Assembly: GCA_963723985.1 (NCBI GenBank)
Contig: CAVRTC010000003.1
Location: 55,914-119,913 of the forward strand
DNA from: an uncultured Actinomycetes bacterium
GTDB taxonomy: Bacteria; Actinomycetota; Acidimicrobiia; IMCC26256; BP-133
DNA: 64,000 bases
Direction of reading: 5' to 3'
Shown: positions 46,303 through 57,019 of the stretch, piece after piece
Layout of the letters: every line of letters starts with the position of its first letter
Position numbering within the stretch: the stretch's first letter is position 1
Made by a program: the position numbers and the translations under genes
Notes under the pieces: generated by a model
Told to the model about the DNA's origin: nothing
Databases searched by the model: none
What the model saw: the letters and a program-made list of their open reading frames with translations, nothing else

Positions 46303-46459
46303 ACGGCCGGCCAATTGTAAGGGGCATGAATCTGAATTACCCCCTTGCGTCCTCTGATGCCAGTGGTAGCGTAGCCACGGTTGTTCCTTACGAGGCCTCT
46401 GGGGACCGTGGCCTGCGCCAGGTTCCCAGGCGTCGGAAATCCATCGCACGGGATTCGAG

Positions 46460-47659
46460 ATGGACCTGCGGAGACGCACCACCCAAGCCCTTGCCACCGG
46501 CGGGGGCCTCCTCATCGTGGCCGGCCTTTCGCTCGGCGGCGGCGTGGCCCTGGCCGGGCCGAGCCCGGCGGCCGCCGGGCCGGCGGCCGACGCCCCTACG
46601 GCATCCTCGGACGACAAGTCGGATGACCGGTCGGACGGCAAGTCCGACAAGTCGTCGAAGCGTCGCCGATCGAAGGACGCCAACGAGGCCAAGGACGGCA
46701 ACGGCACCACCGACAGCGACAGCAACACCGACAGCGGCACCGGCGACCGCGACAGCTCGGCTGACACGACACCGGCGACGTCGACTCCCACGACCTCGAC
46801 GCCGCCGACGAGATCCACCCCGACTTCGACGGCCACAACGGCTCCCCCCCGCGCCACCCCCACGACGAGGCCGGCGGCGACCGCCTCCACCGCGCCGCCG
46901 ACGACCGCCACCACTGCCCCGCAACCGTCCGACGGCACGACGGAGTCGGACGACACGACCGGCTCCACCTTCAGCTACAACGGCCGGCCCGGTGGTGACC
47001 CGGACGAGTCGGAGGTCTCGCCGCAGCAGACGGGGTCGACGCCGGACGCGCCGCCCCCGAACGTTCCAGCGGCCCGCAACGGCTCAGGGTCCGAATCCGG
47101 CTCCGACTCCGACTCACCCCCCGGAATCGATCCGAGCGACCCGAACAGCCGGCCGGCGGGGTCGTCAACCGGTCCCAGGACTGCCTCCGCCCCCGGTCCC
47201 GCTCCCAGCTACGGCGCCCCCGGGCCGCCGGGGGCGGTGGCGGCGACCGAGACGCAGCCCGCCCACGAGACCACGAGCGCCACGGCCGCACCCGGCGCAG
47301 CCGTTCCGGTCTTCGCCCCGGCGCCCGGCACGGATGTCGACGCCGCCGGGACGGAGCGCCGGGACCCGGCCGCGGCCCCGAAGGGCGAGCTGGTGGTGAC
47401 CGGCGACGCCACCCGCCGGCTGCTGCTCTTCGGCGGCGTGGCCCTGCTGGTCGGCGCCGTCGTCGTCGGGTTGACGGGTCGGGATCGACCCCGCCTGGCC
47501 GTGGCGGCTGCCCTCCCCGTCGGGCCCCGCCGCAGTCCCCGGCCCCGCCAGGAGCTCGACGGTTGGGAGGAGGGCGTTCCGCTGGCCCCGAGCAAGCGGG
47601 AGCTGGCCCGCCTCCGCCTCGGGATCACCTCTGGTTTCGACGACGAACCCGGAGCTTGA
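46460..47659 (+). CDS. Secreted, highly disordered Asp/Ser/Thr/Pro-rich protein with a C-terminal TM segment
   Basis: Signal LATGGGLLIVAGLSLGGGVALAGP, low-complexity SDDKSDDRSDGKSDKSSK / TPTTSTPPT, and TM LLLFGGVALLVGAVVVGL followed by a ~60-aa tail. Confidence 0.6.
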   Translation: MDLRRRTTQALATGGGLLIVAGLSLGGGVALAGPSPAAAGPAADAPTASSDDKSDDRSDGKSDKSSKRRRSKDANEAKDGNGTTDSDSNTDSGTGDRDSSADTTPATSTPTTSTPPTRSTPTSTATTAPPRATPTTRPAATASTAPPTTATTAPQPSDGTTESDDTTGSTFSYNGRPGGDPDESEVSPQQTGSTPDAPPPNVPAARNGSGSESGSDSDSPPGIDPSDPNSRPAGSSTGPRTASAPGPAPSYGAPGPPGAVAATETQPAHETTSATAAPGAAVPVFAPAPGTDVDAAGTERRDPAAAPKGELVVTGDATRRLLLFGGVALLVGAVVVGLTGRDRPRLAVAAALPVGPRRSPRPRQELDGWEEGVPLAPSKRELARLRLGITSGFDDEPGA

Positions 47660-49010
47660 TCGGCGTCGGGCCGATCGAGAACGCCTCCCGGATCTTCCGC
47701 TCCAGATACCGGAGATAGCCGGCGGGGAGCTCCCGGGTGGTGAAGAGCGTGAACGTCGGCGGGTCCGTGGCCCCCTGGGTGGCGTAGAGGATCCGGGGCC
47801 GATGTCCCCGCTCGGCCGGCGGCGGATGGGCCAGCTGCGCCGCCTGCAGCACCTCGTTGAGGGCCCGGGTCGGCACCCGCCGGTGGTACTCGTCGCGGGC
47901 CTGGAAGAGCGCCGGCAGGAGCCTGGTCACGTTGCGGCCGGTCAGCGCCGAGGTCTTGAGGACGGGGGCGTAGGACAGGAACGACAGCCGGTCAGCCACG
48001 TCGACCAGGACGCCGTCGCGGTCGTCGGGGCTGAGCACGTCCCACTTGTTGAGCACCACCACGACGGCGCAGCCCGAGGCGTCGATCCGCTCGGCCAGCC
48101 GCTGGTCCTGGTGGGTCACGCCTTCGGTGGCGGCGATGACGAGGAGGGCGGCGTCGGCCCGGTCGATGGCCTGCAACGCCCGGACCAGGCTGTAGTACTC
48201 GGTGTTCTCGTCGATGCGGCTCTTCCGCCGCATGCCGGCGGTGTCGATGAACCGGAGCCAACCGTCGTCGGTCTCGACCACGGTGTCGATCGTGTCCCGG
48301 GTGGTGCCGGGGGCGTCGTGGACGACGGCCCGATCCTCCCCCACCAGCCGGTTGAACAGCGTCGACTTCCCGACGTTGGGCCGCCCGACGATGGCCACGG
48401 AGAACGGCTTGTCGGCCGTACCGAGACCCTCCCCGTCGACGGCGAGACCCTCCCCGTCGAGATCGACGGTGACGTCGGGGGCCTCCTCCCCTTCGGGGGG
48501 CAGCTGCTCCACGATCAGGTCCAGCAACTCCCCACTGCCGCGGCCGTGCAGCGCCGAGACCGCGATCGGATCCCCCAGGCCGAGGCGGGTGAAGTCCCAG
48601 GCGTCGGACTCCCGGTTGGCGTCGTCGACCTTGTTGACCGCCAGCAGCACCGGCTTGGTCGAGCGGCGGAGAATCCCGGCCACGGCGGCGTCCTCGTCGA
48701 CGGGGCCGACTGCACCGTCGACGACCAGCACCACCACGTCGGCCTCGTCGATGGCCCGTTCGGCCTGGAGGCTGACCTGCCGGGCCAGCGCCTCGTCGCT
48801 GCGGATCCACCCGCCGGTGTCGACCACGGAGAACGCCCGCCCCACCCATTCGGCGTCGAGGACCTTGCGGTCGCGGGTGACCCCCGGCCGTTCCTCGACG
48901 ATCGCCTCCCGCCGCCCGACGATGCGGTTCACGAGCGTGCTCTTGCCGACGTTGGGCCGGCCGACAACCGCCACGACCGGCACCCCGTTCCTCCTCACGC
49001 TGATGCTCAC
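47625..49010 (-). CDS. der: Ribosome-biogenesis GTPase Der (EngA), tandem GTPase domains + KH
   Basis: Two G1 motifs (GRPNVGKST twice), DTGG/DTAG, NKVD/NKWD, and C-terminal ILYATQGATDPPTFTLF. Confidence 0.95.
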   Translation of the reverse strand: MSISVRRNGVPVVAVVGRPNVGKSTLVNRIVGRREAIVEERPGVTRDRKVLDAEWVGRAFSVVDTGGWIRSDEALARQVSLQAERAIDEADVVVLVVDGAVGPVDEDAAVAGILRRSTKPVLLAVNKVDDANRESDAWDFTRLGLGDPIAVSALHGRGSGELLDLIVEQLPPEGEEAPDVTVDLDGEGLAVDGEGLGTADKPFSVAIVGRPNVGKSTLFNRLVGEDRAVVHDAPGTTRDTIDTVVETDDGWLRFIDTAGMRRKSRIDENTEYYSLVRALQAIDRADAALLVIAATEGVTHQDQRLAERIDASGCAVVVVLNKWDVLSPDDRDGVLVDVADRLSFLSYAPVLKTSALTGRNVTRLLPALFQARDEYHRRVPTRALNEVLQAAQLAHPPPAERGHRPRILYATQGATDPPTFTLFTTRELPAGYLRYLERKIREAFSIGPTPIKLRVRRRNQR

Positions 49011-50406
49011 GATCGCAGCGCCTCCACCAGAGCGTCGCCGCCGGTGCCCACGACCTCGACCGGCCGGGGAAGTTCGCCAGGACCCGTCCCGTCGAGGAAC
49101 ACGCCCCGGGAGAGGGCCACGTCCGGCAGCAGGTAGCGGACACCCTGCGCCGGCTCTGCGTCGAGGACGGCGGCGATGTCGGCGCCGGCCAGCAGCCCGG
49201 TGACGGCGATGTTCCCGCCGAAGAGCCGGTTGGGGACGGGCAGGGCCCGCACCGGCCGCCCGGCGACCTCGGCCAGCCCGGGCAGCACCGGCTCGAGCAC
49301 CCGGGCGCCGTACTCCCCCGTCAGCAACGCCACCTTGTCCGCGGGCCCTTCGACTCGGTGCGGCGCCATCGCCAGGCCGACGGCGCCCTCCCGCCGCGGG
49401 GACCGGTAGCCCTCAGCCGGGGCGCCGTCCACCCATTGGAAGAATCCGCCTCGATGGGGAACCTCGACCTTTATGGCGAGCCGGCCAGGGCCGCCTCCAC
49501 CTCGGCATAGAAGGTGCGGGCCATGCCGATGCCGTTCTCGTGCTGGGGGAAGCCTTCGTACTCACCGGCTGCGGGGAAGGGCCGGCCGGCCATCAGGTAG
49601 TACTCGTCGGCGGCGAAGACCATCCGCCGGCCGAGGACATCGAGGAAGGTCTGCTGCCACCGGTCGATGACAGCCATCACCGCCGTGGCCTCGCCCGGGG
49701 CGTGGAGGCGCATGTCGGGCTCGGTGTTGTGGTCGCTCAACCCGAGCGGCACGACGCCGACGCTGGCTAGTTCCGGGAACCGGTCGAGGACGCCGAGGAA
49801 CGTCTCGTCGAGCGCAGGCCCGTCGTTCACACCGGGGCAGAGGACCACCTGGCCGTGGACCTCGACGCCGTGGTCGAGCAGCAGCCGCAGCCACCGGAGG
49901 CTGGTGGCCCCCCGCCGGTTCCGCAGCAGCCGGGCCCGCAGCTCCGGGTCGGTCGAGTGGATGCTGACGTAGAGCGGGCCGAGCCCCTCGTCGAGAATGC
50001 GCTCGAGGTCCGCCTCGGTGAAGCGGGTCAACGTGGTGAAGTTTCCGTAGAGAAACGACAGGCGGTAGTCGTCGTCCTTGACGTAGAGGCTCTTCCGCAT
50101 GCCCTTGGGCAGCTGGTAGATGAAGCAGAACGGGCAGTGGTTGTCGCAGGTGCGGACCCGGTCGAACAGGGCGCTGTGGACCTCGGCGCCCAGCGGCTCC
50201 CCGGCCCGTTTCTCCACCCGCACAGCCCGTTCCAGGCCACCTCTCCGGACGTCGAGGTCGACCACCGCCTCGTCGGCCAGCACCCGGTAGCGGATGACGT
50301 CGCGTGGCGCCTCGCCGTTGAGGGTGAGCAGCTCGTCGCCCGGGCGCAGACCGGCGCGCTCGGCCGGCGAACCGGGCGCCACGCTGACCACCCTGGGCGA
50401 GGACAT
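49007..50406 (-). CDS. PDZ + radical-SAM-like DUF512-type protein, frameshift near 49480
   Basis: PDZ (VAPGSPAERAGLRPGDELLTLNG), then CDNHCPFCFIYQLPKG. The ORFs 49471..50406 and 49007..49432 are joined by the frame AIKVEVPHRGGFFQWVDGAP. Confidence 0.75.
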
Positions 50407-50447
50407 GCAGCCGAGTGTAGGAGCGCGACCCGGTAGCCTCGTAAGAG

Positions 50448-51509
50448 ATGGATGTGGAGAAGGTGCTGCTGGCCCGCCCCCGGGGTTTCTGCGCCGGCGT
50501 GGAGATGGCCATCAAGGCCCTGGCCTGGATGGTCCGGGTGTTCGAGCCGCCCGTCTACTGCTACCACGAGATCGTCCACAACCGGCTCGTCGTCGAACGG
50601 TTCCGGAACCTCGGCGTGGTGTTCGTCGACTCCATCGACGAGGTGCCCGCCGGAGCGCCGGTGATGCTCTCGGCCCACGGCTCGGCGCCCGATGTGGTGT
50701 CGGCCGCCCGCGACCGGGGCCGGTTCGTGGTCGACGCCGTCTGCCCGCTGGTGACCAAGGTCCACCACGAGGCCCGGGTGCGGGCCGGGAAGGGATACAC
50801 GATCCTCTACGTCGGCCACGCCGGCCACGACGAGGCGATCGGCACGCTGGCCGAGGCGCCCGCCGCCATGCGGCTCGTGGAGCACGAGGGCGACGTCGAC
50901 GGCGCCGCGGTCGACGACCCGACGAAGGTCGCCGTCCTGGCCCAGACCACCCTGTCGCTCGGCGACTGGAAGGGGGTGGTGGAACGGGCCCGGTCGAAGT
51001 ACCCCGGCCTGTGGACGGCGACGCGCGACGACCTCTGCTTCGCCACCACCAACCGTCAGGCGGCGCTCACCGCCATCGCCAGCCGGGCCGACGCCGTTCT
51101 GGTCATCGGCAGCGCCAACTCGTCGAACACGCTGGCCCTGGAAAAGGTGGCCAGGAACGTCGGCTGCCCGGTGGTGCAGCGCATCAACGGCGTGGAGGAG
51201 CTCGACGAGGCGGCCCTGGCCGGGGCCCGGATCGTCGGGGTGACCGCCGGCGCCAGCGCTCCCGAAGACGTCGTCCAGGCCGTCATTTCCCGGCTCGCCC
51301 CCCGCTCGGGGGTCGAGGAGGTCGACGTGACCGACGAGGAGGAGTACTTCCCGCCGCCCCGCACCCTCCGAGAGGTCATGCCGGTGCTCGACGCCGTCGC
51401 CGCCCTGGCCACCGGCGGGAGCGTCCCGGCGGCGGCCGCCCTGGGCGGCTCGTTCTCCACCGACCGGTCGGTCAACGCCTCCGACACCCTGGCCGCTCTC
51501 AAGGGGTGA
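50448..51509 (+). CDS. ispH: 4-hydroxy-3-methylbut-2-enyl diphosphate reductase
   Basis: ARPRGFCAGVEMAI..YCYHEIVHN..SAHGSAP..DAVCPLVTKVH..FATTNRQ..IGSANSSN. Confidence 0.95.
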   Translation: MDVEKVLLARPRGFCAGVEMAIKALAWMVRVFEPPVYCYHEIVHNRLVVERFRNLGVVFVDSIDEVPAGAPVMLSAHGSAPDVVSAARDRGRFVVDAVCPLVTKVHHEARVRAGKGYTILYVGHAGHDEAIGTLAEAPAAMRLVEHEGDVDGAAVDDPTKVAVLAQTTLSLGDWKGVVERARSKYPGLWTATRDDLCFATTNRQAALTAIASRADAVLVIGSANSSNTLALEKVARNVGCPVVQRINGVEELDEAALAGARIVGVTAGASAPEDVVQAVISRLAPRSGVEEVDVTDEEEYFPPPRTLREVMPVLDAVAALATGGSVPAAAALGGSFSTDRSVNASDTLAALKG

Positions 51510-51527
51510 GCGGTCAGGGCCCGCATC

Positions 51528-52148
51528 ATGACCGTCGACACCGTCTCGCTCTTCTTGGCCCTGCTGGCCGTGGTCGCCGAGCTGGCCACCACGGCCGCGC
51601 TCGTTCTGGCCGTCGGCGGCCGCTTCTCACCCGCCCTGCGCCGGCTGCGACAGCAGGCGGTTGCGGCGGTGGCGCCCTCGGCACTCACATTGGCGGCCCT
51701 GGTGGCGGCAGTCTGCATGGTCGGCAGCCTCTACTTCTCCGAAGTGGCGAACTTCCCGCCCTGCAAGCTGTGCTGGTACCAGCGCTACGCGATGTACCCG
51801 CTGGTCCCCCTCCTCGCCATCGTCGCCTGGAAGAGCTTCACCCGGGTTCGGCCGTTGGCGTTGGGTCTGGCGTCGATCGGCGCAATGATCAGCACCTACC
51901 ACATTCTGGTGGAGCAGGGCATCGTGAAGGAGAGCACCAGCTGCGACCCCACGAACCCCTGCTCCCTCATCTGGGTCGAGCGGCTCGGCTACCTGACGAT
52001 CCCGACCATGGCCCTATCCGGCTTCCTGTTGATCATTACGCTGCTGGTGATCTCCCGGGCCGGTGACCACGGAGTCCCCGGGGGACACCCCCGGACCCCC
52101 GGGGATCCCTCCGATCTCTTGAGGAGCGAAGTACATGGCCACCACTAA
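51528..52148 (+). CDS. DsbB/BdbC-family disulfide bond formation protein
   Basis: Four TM helices, with CKLCWYQRYAMYP (CxxC) and a second pair SCDPTNPC. Confidence 0.8.
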   Translation: MTVDTVSLFLALLAVVAELATTAALVLAVGGRFSPALRRLRQQAVAAVAPSALTLAALVAAVCMVGSLYFSEVANFPPCKLCWYQRYAMYPLVPLLAIVAWKSFTRVRPLALGLASIGAMISTYHILVEQGIVKESTSCDPTNPCSLIWVERLGYLTIPTMALSGFLLIITLLVISRAGDHGVPGGHPRTPGDPSDLLRSEVHGHH

Positions 52149-52812
52149 GCCCAAGCGCAAGGGGAGCGCCGTCGCCGCCGCCCGGAAGAAGCAGCCGCCG
52201 TGGTTGTGGATCGGCACCGCCGCCCTCGTGCTCATCCTGGCCGTGGCGGCCATCGCCACCTCCGGCGGCTCCGGCGACGACAAGGAGTCGGCCGAGGGTC
52301 TCGCCGAGACCCAAGCGGTGACGGTGACCGGCACCGCCCTGCCCGGGTACGAACCGGGCGGCGGAACCGACTCGGCGGTTGGCACGGCGGCGCCCGAGGT
52401 GAGCGGGCAATCCTTCGACGGCAGCCCGGTCGAGATCCGCAACGACGGCCGGGCGAAGCTCGTGGTCTTCGTCGCCCACTGGTGCCCCCACTGCCAGAAG
52501 GAGATCCCGATCCTGGCCGACTACCTGAAGTCGAACCAGCTTCCGGCTGGTGTCGACCTCTACACCGTGTCGACGGGCGTGGCGTCGAATCGGCCGAACT
52601 ACCCGCCGTCGGCCTGGCTGGAGAAGGAAGGGTGGACGGCCAAGACCCTGGCCGACTCCGATGACGGCAAGGCGGCCGACGCCTTCGGCCTGAGCGCCTT
52701 CCCCTACTTCGTCGCCCTGGACGGGTCGGGCAAGGTTGCCGTCCGCACCAGCGGCGAGATCTCCACCGGCGTCTTCGGGGACCTGGCCCGGCGGGCGGCC
52801 GGCAACCAGTAG
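52135..52812 (+). CDS. TlpA/ResA-like membrane-anchored thioredoxin-fold thiol:disulfide oxidoreductase
   Basis: N-terminal [21 protein letters not shown] and active site [12 protein letters not shown]. Confidence 0.85.
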   Translation: MATTKPKRKGSAVAAARKKQPPWLWIGTAALVLILAVAAIATSGGSGDDKESAEGLAETQAVTVTGTALPGYEPGGGTDSAVGTAAPEVSGQSFDGSPVEIRNDGRAKLVVFVAHWCPHCQKEIPILADYLKSNQLPAGVDLYTVSTGVASNRPNYPPSAWLEKEGWTAKTLADSDDGKAADAFGLSAFPYFVALDGSGKVAVRTSGEISTGVFGDLARRAAGNQ

Positions 52813-52894
52813 CGCCTCGGCGCTGTCCCCCGTTCAGGGAATCGGGGGCGGCCCTCCTTACAATCCCCCTGGGGGATGGAACGGGAGGGCACCG

Positions 52895-54390
52895 ATGCCG
52901 GCAGACCGAATCGTCATCGCCAACTGCGGCGGCTTCTGGGGAGACGATCCGACCGCGGCACGCCGCCAGGTGGAGGGTGGCCCCGTCGACTACCTCGTCA
53001 TGGACTACCTGGCCGAGGTGACCATGGCGATCCTCCAGAAGCAGCGCCAGCGCAAACCCGACGCCGGCTACGCCACCGACTTCGTCACCCAGCTCCGCGA
53101 CGTGCTGCCGGCCTGCGTGGAGCGGAACATCAAGGTCATCTCCAACGCCGGCGGGGTGAACCCCCTGGGGTGCAAGGCGGCGGTGGAGAAGCTGGCCGGA
53201 GAGCTCGGCATCGGTGACCGGGTGCGGGTCGGCGTTGTCCTCGGCGACGACATCTTCGAGCGCCTCGACGACCTCATCGGCGGCGGCCAGCCGCTGGCCA
53301 ACATGGAGACCGGCCGGCCCCTGTCCGACGAGCGGGACAACGTCATGTCGGCCAACGTCTATCTCGGCGCGGCGCCGGTGGTGAAGGCGCTCGAGATGGG
53401 CGCCAACGTCGTCATCACCGGGCGGGTGACCGACACCGGCGTGACCCTGGCCCCGATGATCCACGAGTTCGGCTGGGCGGCCGACGACTGGGACCGGCTC
53501 GCCGCCGGGATCGTGGCCGGCCACATCATCGAGTGCGGCACGCAATGCACCGGCGGCAACTTCACCGACTGGCACAAGGTGAAGAGCCACTCCAACCTCG
53601 GGTACCCCCTCGTCGAGGCCTTCCCCGACGGCACGTTCACGGTGACGAAGCACCCGGGGACGGGCGGTCTCTGCAGCGTCCACACCGTCAGCGAGCAGCT
53701 CCTCTACGAGATGGGCGCGCCGCAGTACCTGGCACCGGACTGCATCGCCCGCTTCGACTCCATCCGACTCACCCAGGACGGATCCGACCGCGTCAAGGTC
53801 AGCGGGATCGTGGGCGAGCCGCCGCCGGAGAAGCTCAAGGTGTCGGTCAGCTTCTCCCACGGCTACCGGGCCTTCGGCCGCCTCGTCGTCACCGGCCCCG
53901 ATTCGCTGGCCAAGGCCGAGAAGGTGGCCCAGCTGGTCTGGGAGTGCGCCGGCGGCACCGATCTGTTCGAGGACACCTGCACGCAGTTCCTGGCCTGGAA
54001 CGCCACCCACCCGCCGCTCACCGATTCCGAACCGAGCGAGATCATGGTCCAGCTGGCGGTCCGCGACTCCGACGCCGACAAGATCAACAACCGCTTCGGC
54101 GTGCAGGTGGTGCCCCGGGTGCTCGGATCGGTCCCCGGGATCACCGTGCTGGCCGACCAGGGGCGGCCCCGGGCCTCCGAGGTCGTCGGGTACTGGCCGG
54201 CTCTGATCGACCGCGCCAGCGTGCCGATGCGGGTGGTGGTCGGCGACGACGAGGTCGACGTCCCCCAACCGGAGGTCCCTGTGGGGGGCCAGGTGAAGCC
54301 GCCGAATCTGGCCGCCGCCGCACCGGCCGGCGCCGCCGTTCACACCCGATCCTCCGCCTCCCCGACCCGCCGGGGGCGGCGCCACCGTGA
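52895..54390 (+). CDS. AtuA-like (DUF1446) acyclic terpene utilisation family protein; 3' end/frame uncertain
   Basis: [53 protein letters not shown]. The main frame lacks a stop and runs into pta. An alternative frame ends at TGA 54388-54390, overlapping the next GTG. Confidence 0.75.
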
Positions 54391-54725
54391 AGGTGCCCCT
54401 CAGCCGGCTGTGCCTGGCCCGTTCGGGCGACAAGGGCGACACCTGCAACGTCGGCGTCCTGGCCCGCAGCGAGGCGATCCACGGCTGGATGGTCGAGCAT
54501 CTCACGCCGGCCTTCGTCAAGAAGCGCTTCGCCGGCATCTGCCAGGGCGAGGTGGAGCGCCACGAGGTGCCGAACCTCCTGGCCGTCAACTTCCTTCTCC
54601 ACGAGAGCCTCGGCGGCGGCGGGACGATGTCGCTGATCCTCGACCCCCAGGGCAAGACCTACGCGCAGTACCTCCTGGCCACCGAGGTCGAGGTCGAGGC
54701 CGGCCTCCTCGACGGGGTCGAATGA
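54387..54725 (+). CDS. Small AtuA-associated protein (DUF4387-like), or the C-terminal domain of AtuA if fused
   Basis: [43 protein letters not shown] junction with pta. Confidence 0.65.
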   Translation: MKVPLSRLCLARSGDKGDTCNVGVLARSEAIHGWMVEHLTPAFVKKRFAGICQGEVERHEVPNLLAVNFLLHESLGGGGTMSLILDPQGKTYAQYLLATEVEVEAGLLDGVE

Positions 54726-55690
54726 CGGCAGCGCAAACGCAAACGACATCGGCTCCGGCCGCCAACGCCGTCCTCACCCGAATCCGCGACCGGGCCCGCG
54801 CCCATCCCCGCCGGATCGCCCTGCCGGAGTGCGACGACCCCCGGGTGAAGGAGGCGGCCCGCATCCTGGCCGGCGAAGGGCTGGCCGAACCCATCCTCGT
54901 CGAACCCGACCTCATCGCTGCACGGCGTGATGCCTTCGCCGAGCGGTACCTCGAGCTCCGCCGCCAGTGCGAGCTGACCGAGGAGGGCGCCCGCGCCGCG
55001 GTCGCCAACCCGCTGCTGTTCGCCTCGCTCATGGTCACGGGTGGCGAGGCGGACGGGTGCGTGGCCGGGTGCGCCACCACCACCGCCGCCACCGTGCGGG
55101 CCGCACTGCACGGCATCGGCCCGGCCAAGGGCGTCACCAGCGTGTCGGGCTGCTTCGTGATGGTCTTCCCCAACACCGGGGTCGGCGCCGGTGGGGCGCT
55201 CGTCTTCGCCGACTGCGGCGTCATCCCCGACCCCACCGCCGAGCAGCTGGCCGATGTCGCCATCGCCTCGGCCGGCACGGCCGCCGCCTTCCTCGAGGTC
55301 GAGCCCAGGGTGGCCCTCCTCAGCTTCTCGACCAAGGGCAGCGCGGTGCACGCCAAGGTCGACAAGGTGGTGCGGGCGACGCAGCTTATTTTGGCCCGGC
55401 GGCCGGCACTCAGCGTCGACGGCGAGCTGCAGGTCGACGCGGCGATCGTCCCCGAGGTGGCCGCCAGCAAAGCGCCGGGCAGCCCCATCGCCGGTCAGGC
55501 CAACGTGCTGGTCTTCCCCGACCTCGACGCCGGCAACATCGGCTACAAGCTGGCCCAGCGGCTCGGCGGGGCGGCCGCCATCGGCCCGCTCCTCCAGGGC
55601 CTGGCCCGGCCGATGAACGACCTGTCCCGGGGGTGTTCGGTCAGCGACATCGTCGACCTGGCCTGTCTCACCGCCGTCCAGGCCGGATAG
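54722..55690 (+). CDS. pta: Phosphate acetyl/butyryltransferase
   Basis: [57 protein letters not shown]. Confidence 0.9.
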   Translation: MTAAQTQTTSAPAANAVLTRIRDRARAHPRRIALPECDDPRVKEAARILAGEGLAEPILVEPDLIAARRDAFAERYLELRRQCELTEEGARAAVANPLLFASLMVTGGEADGCVAGCATTTAATVRAALHGIGPAKGVTSVSGCFVMVFPNTGVGAGGALVFADCGVIPDPTAEQLADVAIASAGTAAAFLEVEPRVALLSFSTKGSAVHAKVDKVVRATQLILARRPALSVDGELQVDAAIVPEVAASKAPGSPIAGQANVLVFPDLDAGNIGYKLAQRLGGAAAIGPLLQGLARPMNDLSRGCSVSDIVDLACLTAVQAG

Positions 55691-55746
55691 GGGCCGCCGG
55701 GTGGGGCGCGTAAACCCACCGCCGGAGGCCGGAAAGGGGCAGACTT

Positions 55747-56343
55747 GTGGCCGCGATGGCGCGACCGACCGCCCCCGACCACGACGACAAGGCTGCGGCC
55801 GTCCTGGGCGCCGCCGGTCAGGTGTTCGCTCAGCGGGGTTACGAGGGCGCGACCATGCTCGACGTGGCCCAGGCGGCCGGGTTCTCCAAGGCCGGCGTGT
55901 ACCACTACTTCGCCTCCAAGGAACACCTCCTCCACGGCCTGCTCCAGGGGTCGCTCCAGCAGGTGGTGGCCGATCTGGCGGCGGCCGATCCCGGCGACGA
56001 GGTCGAGCCCGGCGACCGGCTGGCCGCCCTGGTCGACGCCTACGTCCGGTCGTTCTCCACCCGGCTGCGGGTCGTCACCCCGCTGTTGCTCCGCCTCGAC
56101 CTGCTCCGGCCCGAGTGGCGGGCGGAGGTCAAGGCGTTGGAGCGCCAGATCGTCGACCGTTTCGCCGATGCCGCCGGCGCCCTCGGCCACCCCATCTCGC
56201 CCCGGGCGGCCGCCTTCCTGGTGCTGGGGGCGGCCAACTGGACCTACTACTGGTACGACCCTGACGGCGACCTGAGCATCGAGGACCTGGCCCGGGGGGC
56301 GGCGGCCGTCTTCACCGGCGGGCCGGTCAAGGCGAACTCCTAG
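55747..56343 (+). CDS. TetR-family transcriptional regulator
   Basis: GYEGATMLDVAQAAGFSKAGVYHYFASKEHLL. Confidence 0.85.
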   Translation: MAAMARPTAPDHDDKAAAVLGAAGQVFAQRGYEGATMLDVAQAAGFSKAGVYHYFASKEHLLHGLLQGSLQQVVADLAAADPGDEVEPGDRLAALVDAYVRSFSTRLRVVTPLLLRLDLLRPEWRAEVKALERQIVDRFADAAGALGHPISPRAAAFLVLGAANWTYYWYDPDGDLSIEDLARGAAAVFTGGPVKANS

Positions 56344-57019
56344 CGAGCCCTTCGGCCTCGTCGAAGAGCACCTGCACGGCCGCCCGCAGCTGCTCGGTGA
56401 GGGCGGCGACGTCGCCCCGGCGGACGCTGGCGCCGGGCTCCCGGGCCGGCGGGTGGATGGGCTCGCCGACCACCATGACGACCCGCGTCAGCCGGGGCAG
56501 CTTCCGGCCCCGGGCCAGGATGCGCTCGCTGCCGCCGATCCCGATCGGCACGATCGGCACCCCCCGGCGGGCGGCGACGAAGGCCACGCCGTCGTGCAGG
56601 TCCTCCACCAGCGGGCCCGACCGCCGGGTGCCCTCGGGGAACATGCCGAGCGGCTCGCCCCCGGCCAGGGCCGCCTCGGCGGACCGCATGGCCGCCCGGT
56701 CGGGGGCTCCCCGGTCGACAGGGAAGCCCCCCAGAGTGGAAAAGAACCGGGCCGACCAGCCGTACTTCCACAGCTCCGCCTTCCCCATGAAGCGGATGCG
56801 CCGCCGGGTCACGCAGGAGAGGAACGGCGTGTCGAGGAGCGACCGGTGCGATGGTGCCAGCACGCAGGCGCCCCGGGCCGGCACCCGCTCCGGATGCACG
56901 ACCTTGATGCGCCAGAGAAGCTTGCTCACGCCGGCCACCAACGACCGGACGAACCAGTAGGCGAAGAGCTCCCAACGCGTCGGAGGGCTCGGAGTCAGGG
57001 TGGCGGTCGTATCGCTCAC
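56327..57019 (-). CDS. plsC: 1-acyl-sn-glycerol-3-phosphate acyltransferase
   Basis: APSHRSLLD (HxxxxD), FPEGTR, VPIVPIGI. The GTG at 57019 overlaps the cmk stop (GTGA). The upstream part of ORF 56327..57418 is shadow sequence. Confidence 0.85.
   Translation of the reverse strand: MSDTTATLTPSPPTRWELFAYWFVRSLVAGVSKLLWRIKVVHPERVPARGACVLAPSHRSLLDTPFLSCVTRRRIRFMGKAELWKYGWSARFFSTLGGFPVDRGAPDRAAMRSAEAALAGGEPLGMFPEGTRRSGPLVEDLHDGVAFVAARRGVPIVPIGIGGSERILARGRKLPRLTRVVMVVGEPIHPPAREPGASVRRGDVAALTEQLRAAVQVLFDEAEGLARSSP

Noticed and set aside
47380-47480. LVVTG + hydrophobic + basic segment as a sortase (LPXTG/LAXTG) sorting signal
   Set aside because: The motif is non-canonical and is followed by ~60 further residues rather than a short charged tail. 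No sortase gene is in the window.
52736-55690. 984-aa ORF as a single fusion protein
   Set aside because: It is a composite of AtuA-like sequence, an out-of-frame Arg/Pro-rich read-through, and an independently started pta (ATG 54722 with ATGA coupling).
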